From NCBI GenBank assembly GCA_035312025.1, contig DATGCJ010000126.1:1-52041 (forward strand): a stretch of 52,041 nt of DNA. Reading direction: 5' to 3'. Below, one piece after another: positions 1 through 7,968 of the stretch. Below the pieces are notes generated by a model that saw only the letters and a program-made list of their open reading frames with translations, did no database searches and was not told the origin of the DNA. The DNA is from Halanaerobiales bacterium (lineage in GTDB: Bacteria > Bacillota > Halanaerobiia > Halanaerobiales > M55B127). Positions within the stretch are counted from its first letter, which is position 1. Each line of letters opens with the position of its first letter. Made by a program: the position numbers and the translations under genes.

Positions 1-1132
1 TTCTTTCCTTATTATCTTCTTTTAAACTGTGCAAAAATGAGTTAAATTCCTCAATAAAGGGATCTTCCGTCATAATTTCTTCTATATTGGGAATCTTTTT
101 AGAAGTATGGTCTATAATATTATCTATCCAAAAAGAAGGCGATTTGTTTTTAAAATGACTTCTTACGTTTAACAAGAGATCATTTATTGCTTCTTCATCA
201 TTTTCTCTTAAGACCTCATATAACTCAGTCCTACCTTTTAGAATTATTCTCATTATATAGCCTTTAATATCTTTATCCAATTTGCTGTATAATTCTTCTA
301 ATTCATCCTGCAAATAATAATGTAATTCAGTTAAAGTGGCTTCCGGCAAATTACTTAAATTCAGTTCAATTCTTTTAAAGGTATACTCTGATACTTCCTT
401 AAACTGATAATAGGTATTTTCGGGTTCTAAGTTAATTAAGAAATATCCACCCGGACCTGTTTCACCAATATCCCTGCCCTGCGGTATACCAGGGTAAATT
501 ATATATGGTATGTGGTCATTAATAATTCTTTTGTCATGGATATGGCCTAAAGCCCAGTAATCAATATGATCATTATCCATTAAATCGTTTTTTGAAACCG
601 GTACGTAGTTTGTATTATTGGGATCTAATTGGGTGTGAAGTAAGCCAATATTATAAACACTTTGATCCGGGGTAGTATAATAAGTATACATTTTACGAGA
701 TTCTGCTTTCCCCCGATAAGATTGTCCCAGAATTCGGGCAATTAATTTATCTTCTTTTTTTACTTCAAACAAGCTGACCTCTTCTGAATCACAGATTTTA
801 ACATTATCCGGCAGTTCTAAGAGTTCTCCATCCATGCGATAGGGATCATGGTTACCGTTTATTAAAAACATATCAATATTATTATTATTTAATCTTTCAC
901 ACTGATTTTTAAAAAAACGGGTAGCTTTAACTGATCTTGCTTCATTATCAAAGACATCACCGGCAATTAATACAAAATGTACATTTTCATCAATTGCATC
1001 ATCAATTATTTTTTTAAAGGAGTTATAGACCGCCTCTTTATATGTATCCTCCCTCTCATTATCAGTATTTAATTGTAATCGACTGCCCAAATGCAGGTCA
1101 GCAGTATGAATAAACTTAACAGCTGGTTTCAT
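1..1132 (-). CDS. Metallophosphoesterase, SbcD/YhaO-like DNA repair exonuclease (C-terminus cut by window edge)
   Basis: Absent from the ORF track because it has no stop in the window. My translation from ATG 1132..1130 gives MKPAVKFIHTADLHLGS...IAGDVFD...INGNHD, the calcineurin-like phosphoesterase motifs I-III. The frame checked at nt 2-61 reads as coding and no competing ORF is listed for 1..1132. The start abuts the stop of the upstream gene. Confidence 0.7.
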   Translation of the reverse strand, partial: MKPAVKFIHTADLHLGSRLQLNTDNEREDTYKEAVYNSFKKIIDDAIDENVHFVLIAGDVFDNEARSVKATRFFKNQCERLNNNNIDMFLINGNHDPYRMDGELLELPDNVKICDSEEVSLFEVKKEDKLIARILGQSYRGKAESRKMYTYYTTPDQSVYNIGLLHTQLDPNNTNYVPVSKNDLMDNDHIDYWALGHIHDKRIINDHIPYIIYPGIPQGRDIGETGPGGYFLINLEPENTYYQFKEVSEYTFKRIELNLSNLPEATLTELHYYLQDELEELYSKLDKDIKGYIMRIILKGRTELYEVLRENDEEAINDLLLNVRSHFKNKSPSFWIDNIIDHTSKKIPNIEEIMTEDPFIEEFNSFLHSLKEDNKER

Positions 1133-1702
1133 TTATTTACCGCTCCTTTTTTTAATAGCCACAACCTCGGGAGGATTCTTCTTTTGGTTAATAAAATGGT
1201 AATGTAAAACATTGTATGATTTATAATCTAAATTGACAGCAAAGTCTAAAACAGCCTTTTTTTCTTCTCCGCCACCTTCATGTTCAGAATAGATTACAAT
1301 TACAATTAGACCGCCCTCAACTAGCATATCAATTGCTTTATTTAATGATTTTATCGTAGTATATTTTTCTGTTTTAATATCTTTTTCAGATCCAGGTAGA
1401 TAACCTAAGTTATATATTATACCATCTATTTTTTGCTCTATATAATTATCTATGTTTTCATGTCCATCCACAATAAATTGAATATCAAATTCATATTCAA
1501 TATTTTCAAACTTTTCTTTTGTTATATCCACTGCCTCTTTTTGAATATCGAAAGCATAAATTACTCCTTGTGGACTTACTTCTTCAGCAAGAAATATAGT
1601 ATCTTTACCATTACCACAAGTAGCATCAACTAATACTTTATTATCTTCCAAAAAATTCCTAAAGAGCCAGTGTGAAAATTCAACCCCCTGCATTAAACTC
1701 AT
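1133..1702 (-). CDS. Class I SAM-dependent methyltransferase, YtqB/MnmM-like
   Basis: The track ORF 1133..1717 begins at a TTG inside the SD. ATG 1702 (MSLMQGVEF...) lies 8 nt after GGAGG. VLVDATCGNGKDT is a SAM-binding motif, and size and sequence resemble the B. subtilis YtqB family. Confidence 0.7.
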   Translation of the reverse strand: MSLMQGVEFSHWLFRNFLEDNKVLVDATCGNGKDTIFLAEEVSPQGVIYAFDIQKEAVDITKEKFENIEYEFDIQFIVDGHENIDNYIEQKIDGIIYNLGYLPGSEKDIKTEKYTTIKSLNKAIDMLVEGGLIVIVIYSEHEGGGEEKKAVLDFAVNLDYKSYNVLHYHFINQKKNPPEVVAIKKRSGK

Positions 1703-1810
1703 ATTTTTAACCTCCAAAAAATCTTATTGTATATTATTATTTCTGGAAAAAGAAGAAAACACCTGTTTGATTTAATACTAAAAACCCTTATTATATTTCA
1801 CTTTTTTTGA

Positions 1811-1846
1811 AAAAAATAAAAAAACTGCCGGGAAATCCCGACAGCC
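1811..1846 (-). terminator. Rho-independent terminator after the 40-codon ORF
   Basis: The minus-strand RNA reads CTGTCGGG-ATTT-CCCGGCAG (8-bp stem including one G.U) followed by TTTTTTTATTTTTTT. On the plus strand the same stem has a C.A mismatch and only a T4 tail. Confidence 0.65.
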
Positions 1847-1872
1847 TTTTAAATACTCTTAAATTTTTAATT

Positions 1873-1995
1873 CTAGAAGAAATAAAATCCGTTGTTTCTC
1901 AACAGGTCATCAATTACTTTGTCTCTGTAATTGTTACTGTTGAATTGGTGATTGTGTCTTTCTTTCTTCACCTTTTTCTTATAGATATTAAACAT
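1873..1995 (-). CDS. Hypothetical small basic protein (40 aa), below the ORF-track size cut-off
   Basis: ATG 1995..1993 preceded by AAAGGGGGA (about 9 nt spacer). Translation: MFNIYKKKVKKERHNHQFNSNNYRDKVIDDLLRNNGFYFF, stop TAG at 1873..1875, terminator about 28 nt downstream. No family recognised. Confidence 0.35.
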   Translation of the reverse strand: MFNIYKKKVKKERHNHQFNSNNYRDKVIDDLLRNNGFYFF

Positions 1996-2201
1996 TTTAA
2001 ATGTCCCCCTTTCATATATTTGGTAGGGAACATCCTCGCTTCAACTCTACTTTGTTCCATTTATAATTTTTAAAAACTACTCTGTATATCTCGTGTTCTT
2101 AAGGCTAGTATAACTTAATATAATAAAAAATGCAATACCTATTTTTGTTTAATTTTAAAAATTCTAGGATAATTTTTGTTAATTTTACACAAAAATAAAA
2201 A

Positions 2202-2276
2202 TGGTACCCCTAGCAGGAATCGAACCTGCGCACTCGGCTCCGGAGGCCGATGCTCTATCCACTGAGCTACAGGGGT
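2202..2276 (-). tRNA. tRNA-Arg (anticodon CCG), CCA encoded
   Basis: Reverse complement folds as a cloverleaf: acceptor ACCCCTG/TAGGGGT, D arm GCTC-AGTGGATA-GAGC, anticodon arm TCGGC-CTCCGGA-GCCGA (CCG at positions 34-36), T arm GCAGG-TTCGATT-CCTGC, then ACCA. 75 nt. Confidence 0.9.
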
Positions 2277-2290
2277 CTATGACAATTAAG

Positions 2291-2319
2291 ATTATAATAT
2301 AATTTTGCTAGAAAATCAA
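2291..2319 (-). promoter_or_regulatory. SigA-type promoter for tRNA-Arg
   Basis: Minus strand reads TTGATT-17 nt-TATAAT. The -10 ends 14 nt before the mature tRNA 5' end, and the -35 overlaps the ABC-F TGA stop. Confidence 0.5.
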
Positions 2320-4241
2320 TTTAAATATTTTTCCCACTCTTCATATAACTGTTCCAGCTCATCTTTTAACACTTGATGCTCTTTTTTAAGGGAATTTAAC
2401 TTTTTAAAGTCATCAATATTATCGGGATCAGCCATTTTGTGTTCTAATTCTTTTACTTTCTTTTCTTTTTCTTCGATTGTATCCTCTATTTTATTTAGTT
2501 TCCGCTTCCTTTTTCTTTCTTTTCTTTCTCGTTCTTTTTGTCTAAAGTAATAGTTATCTTTCTTATTACTTTCTTTATTTTCCTTATTCTTATTACTATC
2601 TTCTTTTATCTCCTGTTTTTTCTCTTTATAGTAATCATAATTACCCAAATACTTTTTAAGCTTTTTATTTTCCAGCTCATAAGTATGATCAATTATCTTA
2701 TTAATAAAGTACCTGTCATGGGAAACCACCAATAAAGTACCGGGATAATCCTGTAAAACTTCCTCTAGTACTTCTCTAGAGGGTAAATCAAGGTGGTTGG
2801 TTGGTTCATCCAAAATTAAAAAATTATAATTACCATTCATTAACTGGAGAAGTCTTAACCTGCTTTTTTCTCCTCCACTTAAATCTTTTACCTTTTTAAA
2901 AACATCATTATCTTCAAATAGAAAAGCACCTAAAGCATTGCGGGCTTCACTAATTTTCATCGAACATGATTTGACCAGGGTAGTAACAAGATCATCTTCC
3001 GGGTCAAACTTTTCAAATTCCTGTCGGTAATAACCCATCTTGACACTGGCCCCAATTTTAATTTCACCTTTATCAGGCTCTATATCACCATTTATGAGGT
3101 CTAAAAGGGTTGTTTTACCTGAACCATTCGCGCCAATAATAACTGCCTTATCCTGCCAATATATGTCTAAATCAAGGCTCTTTAAGATGGTATTGTCATC
3201 AAATGATTTTTTTAAATTATTAACCTTTAAAACTTCATCCCCACTGCGGCGGTTAATCTCTAAATCTAAATTCATTTTTTTGCCGTGTAAGGTCGGTTTA
3301 TCCATTTCATCAATTCTTTCCAGTCTTTTTTCCATGGCTTTGGCCCTTTTAAACATCTTTTCACTATCACGGGATCTACCCCAGACCCGCAGTTGATGAA
3401 TGGATTCTTCTAATTTTTTTATCTTTTTCTGCTGATTTTTATACTCTCGCATCTTTTGTTCATATCTTCTTTTTCTTTCTTCTAGATAATAACTATAATT
3501 ACCATAGTACTTTTCATCACTGCCATTATCTATCTCTACAATTCTCTCAATTACCTGATCAAGAAAGTACCTATCGTGAGAGATAATTATGACAGCACCT
3601 TCATAGTCAATTAAAAACTGTTCTAACCACTGGATAGAATCAATATCTAGGTGGTTTGTAGGTTCATCTAATAATAAGAGGTCCGGTTCTTTTAATAATA
3701 GTTTGATTAAACCAACCCTGGACTTTTCTCCCCCACTTAGATATGATATTTTTTTATCTAACTCTTTTTTAGAAAAACCTATCCCTGAGGCTACCTGGAT
3801 TATCTTATTCTCATATCCATATCCACCTTTCATTTCATACTCATGGCTTAAAGCACTGTATTCATCCATCAGTCTTTCTAATTTATGGTGGTCTTTATCT
3901 TCTTTTTGAAAGGTACTAATTTCTTTTTCTAATTTTTGTAATTTTTCTTCCATCTTTCGTAAATCATTAAATACTGTGAGTAGTTCCTCATAGATAGTAT
4001 TTTCTAAGTTAAATTCGGGTATCTGATCTAAAAGACCTACACTTACATCATTTCTTAAAGATAAGTTACCCTCTTGTAAGTCTTCCTGACCGTTAATAAT
4101 CTTAAAAATTGTAGTTTTACCAGACCCATTTGCCCCTATTAGGGCCACCTTTTCACCTTTGTTTACTGACATAGAAAAGTCATTTAAAACTTCTTGGGTA
4201 CCAAATGATTTAGATATAGAATCAATATTTACTACTACCAT
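2316..4241 (-). CDS. ABC-F family ATPase (translation-associated, Uup/YdiF-like)
   Basis: Two ABC ATPase domains (Walker A GANGSGKTT twice, signature LSGGEKSR twice), no TM domain, a charged interdomain linker and a K/E-rich coiled-coil tail. SD GGAGG lies before the ATG. Confidence 0.9.
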   Translation of the reverse strand: MVVVNIDSISKSFGTQEVLNDFSMSVNKGEKVALIGANGSGKTTIFKIINGQEDLQEGNLSLRNDVSVGLLDQIPEFNLENTIYEELLTVFNDLRKMEEKLQKLEKEISTFQKEDKDHHKLERLMDEYSALSHEYEMKGGYGYENKIIQVASGIGFSKKELDKKISYLSGGEKSRVGLIKLLLKEPDLLLLDEPTNHLDIDSIQWLEQFLIDYEGAVIIISHDRYFLDQVIERIVEIDNGSDEKYYGNYSYYLEERKRRYEQKMREYKNQQKKIKKLEESIHQLRVWGRSRDSEKMFKRAKAMEKRLERIDEMDKPTLHGKKMNLDLEINRRSGDEVLKVNNLKKSFDDNTILKSLDLDIYWQDKAVIIGANGSGKTTLLDLINGDIEPDKGEIKIGASVKMGYYRQEFEKFDPEDDLVTTLVKSCSMKISEARNALGAFLFEDNDVFKKVKDLSGGEKSRLRLLQLMNGNYNFLILDEPTNHLDLPSREVLEEVLQDYPGTLLVVSHDRYFINKIIDHTYELENKKLKKYLGNYDYYKEKKQEIKEDSNKNKENKESNKKDNYYFRQKERERKERKRKRKLNKIEDTIEEKEKKVKELEHKMADPDNIDDFKKLNSLKKEHQVLKDELEQLYEEWEKYLN

Positions 4242-4253
4242 AATTATCCTCCA

Positions 4254-5504
4254 CTACCAGTGTAATATTGTATCGAACTCCAAACTCTCTACAAATTGAT
4301 TTAATATTTCATAATGGTTTCCTTCTACAAGTATATGATGGTTTCCAATCGGATTCTTTAAAAAGTAACTGATATCATCGCCATCAAAATCTAATAGGAC
4401 CTGGGTCCTACAGGCAAATTCACTGTTTAAATTATTAATTAATTGCGCATTTTGAAATGCTATATGATCTAGTTTTTTTCCACCAAGCTTAAATACTGTA
4501 ATATTTCCTTTTTTAATTTCGCCCTGAATTCCGACTCCAATACCGGTCTCAAAGTGAGAACGGATAATATAATCATTTACAGACTTAGTGGCCACTGTAC
4601 AGTGTGCAAACTTAACCTTATTATTTTTTATATTTAAGGAAACCGGATTTGCCATAAAAGGAATATTACCAGTTAAATAATAGGTTATCATCATTGAAAC
4701 TGTTGCTGGTATATCACCCTCACAGCCTGCCACAATACCCTCGTTATTCAGTAAAGAAAGGGCTAAACAACCTGTGGTTTCCAACTCGGTTACCAGATCA
4801 AAACAGCGGATAGTTAAAGAATTAAGATCATATCTATTTACTATATTTTTAAGGGCAAAATATACTTTAGCCGCTTTCATCAGATCATTTTCAGAAGGCT
4901 CTTCTATCGAGGTGGCTTTATCCGTAAATTCATTTATTAGATTTTGAGCCCTTTCTTCATGTATATTATGGTATTCATCCAGTACTTCCTGGATGGGGAT
5001 CTCAATAACTTCTAAGCCCCATCTGTCTTGTACTGCCTGTTTATCTATATGACTATCTATTAACCAATCAGAAGGTTCTCCGATAAGTCCCAGTCGGCTA
5101 TTTGCTAACTTATCTTTAGTTTCCTTTATTTTGATTAGGTTCTCCATCTCTTTAGCTATTTCGGTTGGTTTCCCGTGTAGAATCTTACCTCTTCTATCTT
5201 GCGATTTTACCCAACTTAAAATTTCCATCGAAGCAGCCAGTGAATTGTGCAAAGAAGTGGCTACTAAAATGACAGGGCCTTCTAATTTGTCAAATATCTC
5301 TTTAAAGATATTCTCTGTACCACCGGTTTTGACGAAAACAGTTATTAAATCATACTCTTCTTTTTTATCTGAACTTAAAATCTCATCATTAATTTCTTCA
5401 ACTTCAATATTTTTTGAAAGGTCTTTAACAAACTGTTCTAAAGTTTGAGAAATTGCATCTTCATCATGAATAGGGGAAAACAGTGAATACATTCCTACTT
5501 TCAT
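4254..5504 (-). CDS. L-fucose/L-arabinose isomerase-like family protein (function uncertain)
   Basis: 416-aa ORF with an SD, sitting 12 nt upstream of the ABC-F gene. The AGCEGDIPA motif and C-terminal beta-rich region resemble the FucI/AraA superfamily. Assigned by eye only. Confidence 0.4.
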   Translation of the reverse strand: MKVGMYSLFSPIHDEDAISQTLEQFVKDLSKNIEVEEINDEILSSDKKEEYDLITVFVKTGGTENIFKEIFDKLEGPVILVATSLHNSLAASMEILSWVKSQDRRGKILHGKPTEIAKEMENLIKIKETKDKLANSRLGLIGEPSDWLIDSHIDKQAVQDRWGLEVIEIPIQEVLDEYHNIHEERAQNLINEFTDKATSIEEPSENDLMKAAKVYFALKNIVNRYDLNSLTIRCFDLVTELETTGCLALSLLNNEGIVAGCEGDIPATVSMMITYYLTGNIPFMANPVSLNIKNNKVKFAHCTVATKSVNDYIIRSHFETGIGVGIQGEIKKGNITVFKLGGKKLDHIAFQNAQLINNLNSEFACRTQVLLDFDGDDISYFLKNPIGNHHILVEGNHYEILNQFVESLEFDTILHW

Positions 5505-5534
5505 CTAAATCATCCTTTCAAACTCATTTTTATC

Positions 5535-5825
5535 TTATGGCAGATTATAGACAGGTTCTTCCATGTTTCTTCTGAAAATAATAAAAACATTACCAATTAC
5601 CTGGACCAGTTCTGCTCCTAATTGATCACATACCTCATGTGCTACCTCATTAATATCTTCTAAAGAGTTATCCAATACTCTAATTTTAACTAACTCATGA
5701 TCATCTAATACTTCATCTATTTTTTCATAGACGGCTTCATTTAATCCTTCTTTGCCAATATGGACATATGGATCTAGATTATTGGCTTCTCCTCTTAAAA
5801 AACTTCGTTGTTTACCTGTTAACAT
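5535..5825 (-). CDS. yhbY: Ribosome assembly RNA-binding protein YhbY (CRM domain)
   Basis: 96 aa. LTGKQRSFLRGEANNLDPYVHIGKEGL is typical of YhbY. SD AGGAGG. Lies directly downstream of obg. Confidence 0.85.
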   Translation of the reverse strand: MLTGKQRSFLRGEANNLDPYVHIGKEGLNEAVYEKIDEVLDDHELVKIRVLDNSLEDINEVAHEVCDQLGAELVQVIGNVFIIFRRNMEEPVYNLP

Positions 5826-5836
5826 TACATTTCCTC

Positions 5837-7120
5837 CTATTCCATATATTCAAATTCGATGGGACCGATTATAACGGTATCACCATCTTCAATACCTTCT
5901 TTTTTCATTATCTCATCTATATTATGATGCCTGACTATTCTTAATAATCTCTGAACAGAAGCATCATTATTAAAATCAGTTTTTTCTATTAATTCATCGA
6001 TCAATTTACCAACAACTTCATATTTATTATCAGCCAGCTGTTTTAACTGCATTTCACTTTCATCCATGAATTCAGGTTTTATTAATACATCTTCCTTTGC
6101 TTTTATTTCTTTTTCTTTTTCTGGCAAGCTTTCTAACTTTTGTCCAATATAATATTTAAGTTTATCAATACCTTCACCTGTTACGGCTGAAATGGGAAAT
6201 ACCTTATATCCCCTGTCTTCTAATTCTTTTTTGACTTCTGGTAGGTTTTCTCGTGCTTCTTTTAAATCTATTTTATTTAAAGCTACGATCTGAGGAAGTT
6301 TAGATAAATCGGTATCATACTGTTTTAATTCCTGGTTTATTTTTTCGAAATCTTCAATGGGGTCTCTACCCTCAATACCTGAAACATCTATGACATGGAT
6401 TAATAGTCTTGTACGTTCTAGATGTTTTAAAAATTCATCTCCTAAACCAACACCTTTATGGGCTCCTTCAATTAAACCCGGCACATCAGCCATCACATAT
6501 GATTTATATTCATCATAAGAAACGACACCTAAATTAGGATGAACTGTTGTAAAGTGATAGGAAGCTATCTCCGGTTTAGCAGCTGAAACGTTAGAAATTA
6601 AGGTGGATTTACCTACATTTGGATAACCCACTAGTCCTACATCAGCTAATAATTGCAGTTCCAGTCTTGCTTTCACGGTTTCCCCTTTTTCACCATTTTC
6701 GGAAAATTTTGGGGCCTTACGAGTAGATTTTTTAAAACGGGCATTACCTCTACCACCTTCACCGCCTTCTGCTAATACAAACTCCTGACCTTCTTCTTTT
6801 AGGTCGGCTAAAAGTTCGTTTGTATCATCATTATAGACTAAAGTGCCCGGTGGGACTTTTAAATAGAGGTCTTTTCCATCTTTACCTCTCTGGTTTTTAC
6901 CGCGCCCGTGGGTCCCATTTTCGGCTTTATAGAAATTATTATATTTAAAATCAGCAAGGGTATTTAAACCTTCATCTACTTTTAGTATTACATCCCCACC
7001 GTGGCCGCCATCACCACCGTCAGGTCCACCCATTGCTTCAAATTTTTCTCTTCTAAAACTTACAACACCATTACCTCCATCCCCGCTTTTTACTTTGAAT
7101 GTTACTTCATCTACGAACAT
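5837..7120 (-). CDS. obg: GTPase Obg/CgtA
   Basis: MFVDEVTFKVKSGDGGNGVVSFRREKF, the Obg fold and the G domain (GYPNVGKST, DVPGLIEGA, NKID). ATG 7120 follows AGGTGA. The track start at 7192 reads through a terminator hairpin. Confidence 0.95.
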   Translation of the reverse strand: MFVDEVTFKVKSGDGGNGVVSFRREKFEAMGGPDGGDGGHGGDVILKVDEGLNTLADFKYNNFYKAENGTHGRGKNQRGKDGKDLYLKVPPGTLVYNDDTNELLADLKEEGQEFVLAEGGEGGRGNARFKKSTRKAPKFSENGEKGETVKARLELQLLADVGLVGYPNVGKSTLISNVSAAKPEIASYHFTTVHPNLGVVSYDEYKSYVMADVPGLIEGAHKGVGLGDEFLKHLERTRLLIHVIDVSGIEGRDPIEDFEKINQELKQYDTDLSKLPQIVALNKIDLKEARENLPEVKKELEDRGYKVFPISAVTGEGIDKLKYYIGQKLESLPEKEKEIKAKEDVLIKPEFMDESEMQLKQLADNKYEVVGKLIDELIEKTDFNNDASVQRLLRIVRHHNIDEIMKKEGIEDGDTVIIGPIEFEYME

Positions 7121-7145
7121 TATATCACCTACCTTATTTTTAGAT

Positions 7146-7183
7146 AAAAATAAAACCCCCAGCACAAAAGTACTGAGGGGTTT
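7146..7183 (-). terminator. Intrinsic terminator between rpmA and obg
   Basis: The minus-strand RNA reads CCCC(T)CAG-10 nt loop-CTGGGGG (7 bp, one bulge) followed by TTTTATTTTT. Confidence 0.55.
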
Positions 7184-7198
7184 GATCTGCAAGGATGA

Positions 7199-7477
7199 TT
7201 AACTTATTAAAACTTCCACCTGATCTTCTGTATAAACGCTAATTTGACGAGATTTTCTTCCTTTTCTCTCAAATTTAACATAACCATCAACTTTAGAAAA
7301 GAGGGTATCATCTTTACCTCTTCCTACATTTAATCCAGGTTTGAATTTAGTTCCCCTCTGACGGACTAAAATACTACCTGCAGGAACAAATTCACCATCA
7401 AATTCTTTGACTCCAAGCCGCTTCGATATGCTATCTCGACCATTCTTAGAACTTCCAACACCTTTCTTTTGAGACAT
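7199..7477 (-). CDS. rpmA: 50S ribosomal protein L27 (no N-terminal propeptide)
   Basis: [16 protein letters not shown]...RQRGTKF matches L27. It starts directly at the conserved KKGVGS block. Confidence 0.95.
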   Translation of the reverse strand: MSQKKGVGSSKNGRDSISKRLGVKEFDGEFVPAGSILVRQRGTKFKPGLNVGRGKDDTLFSKVDGYVKFERKGRKSRQISVYTEDQVEVLIS

Positions 7478-7524
7478 TAAAACTCCCCCCTTTCAGTATG
7501 TTGAATTTTTTTCTCTATAAAAAA

Positions 7525-7836
7525 TTAAGCTTCAATGTTCTCAATTAAAACTTTTGTATAAGGCTGACGATGTCCGGTTTTCTTATAATAACGTCTCTTT
7601 GGCTTATATTTTAAAACAGTAACTTTTTTGTTTTTGCCCTGTTCTAAAACTTTACCGGAAACTTCAGCACCTTCTAAATATGGTTTGCCGAATTTATATC
7701 CCTCTTGATCAGAATACTGTAAGACCCTATCAAATGTAACCTGGTCTCCTTCTTCGACATCCAATTTTTCAACTTTTATCATTTGTCCTTCTTTAACTTT
7801 ATACTGTTTTCCACCAGTTTTAATTATTGCATACAT
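7525..7836 (-). CDS. rplU: 50S ribosomal protein L21
   Basis: MYAIIKTGGKQYKVKEGQ is the canonical L21 N-terminus. 103 aa. Confidence 0.95.
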   Translation of the reverse strand: MYAIIKTGGKQYKVKEGQMIKVEKLDVEEGDQVTFDRVLQYSDQEGYKFGKPYLEGAEVSGKVLEQGKNKKVTVLKYKPKRRYYKKTGHRQPYTKVLIENIEA

Positions 7837-7968
7837 TACTACATTACACCTCCCTTACCTCAGACTCGCCGGAAATTAGGTAGTCTCACATGAGACATTT
7901 CAGACCCACTCCGTGCGGTTTTGGTAATATACCTCTACAAGAGGTACACATCTTACCGACAATTTATT
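7837..7968 (-). promoter_or_regulatory. Structured 5' leader of rplU (possible L21-leader-type r-protein autoregulatory element)
   Basis: 132-nt non-coding gap. The minus RNA has the hairpins GGTAA..TACCTCT-TGT-AGAGGTA..TTACC and GTCTCA-TG-TGAGAC upstream of the SD GGGAGGTG. An L21 leader is known upstream of rplU in Firmicutes. Not checked against a covariance model. Confidence 0.35.

Noticed and set aside
1807-2073. 88-aa plus-strand ORF from the track (MKKIKKLPGNPDSLL...)
   Set aside because: It starts at a TTG with no SD, and its first 40 nt are the terminator hairpin and A/T tract. It also lies antisense to the better-signalled 40-codon minus-strand ORF. Most likely spurious.
1996-2315. 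tRNA-Arg as a possible genomic-island integration site
   Set aside because: There is no integrase, no mobile-element genes and no repeat of the tRNA 3' end that I could spot downstream. The flanking genes are housekeeping.
2440-2660. Low-complexity TTTCTT/TCTTTT-rich DNA that looks like a tandem repeat
   Set aside because: It is the coding sequence of the K/E/R-rich coiled-coil tail of the ABC-F protein (KERERKERKRKRK...). It is not a periodic DNA repeat or a CRISPR-like array.
7121-7192. N-terminal 24-residue extension of Obg in the track ORF (MQIKPLSTFVLGVLFLSKNKVGDI)
   Set aside because: It is a read-through of the rpmA-obg intergenic terminator hairpin. The canonical Obg N-terminus MFVDEV starts at ATG 7120 behind AGGTGA.
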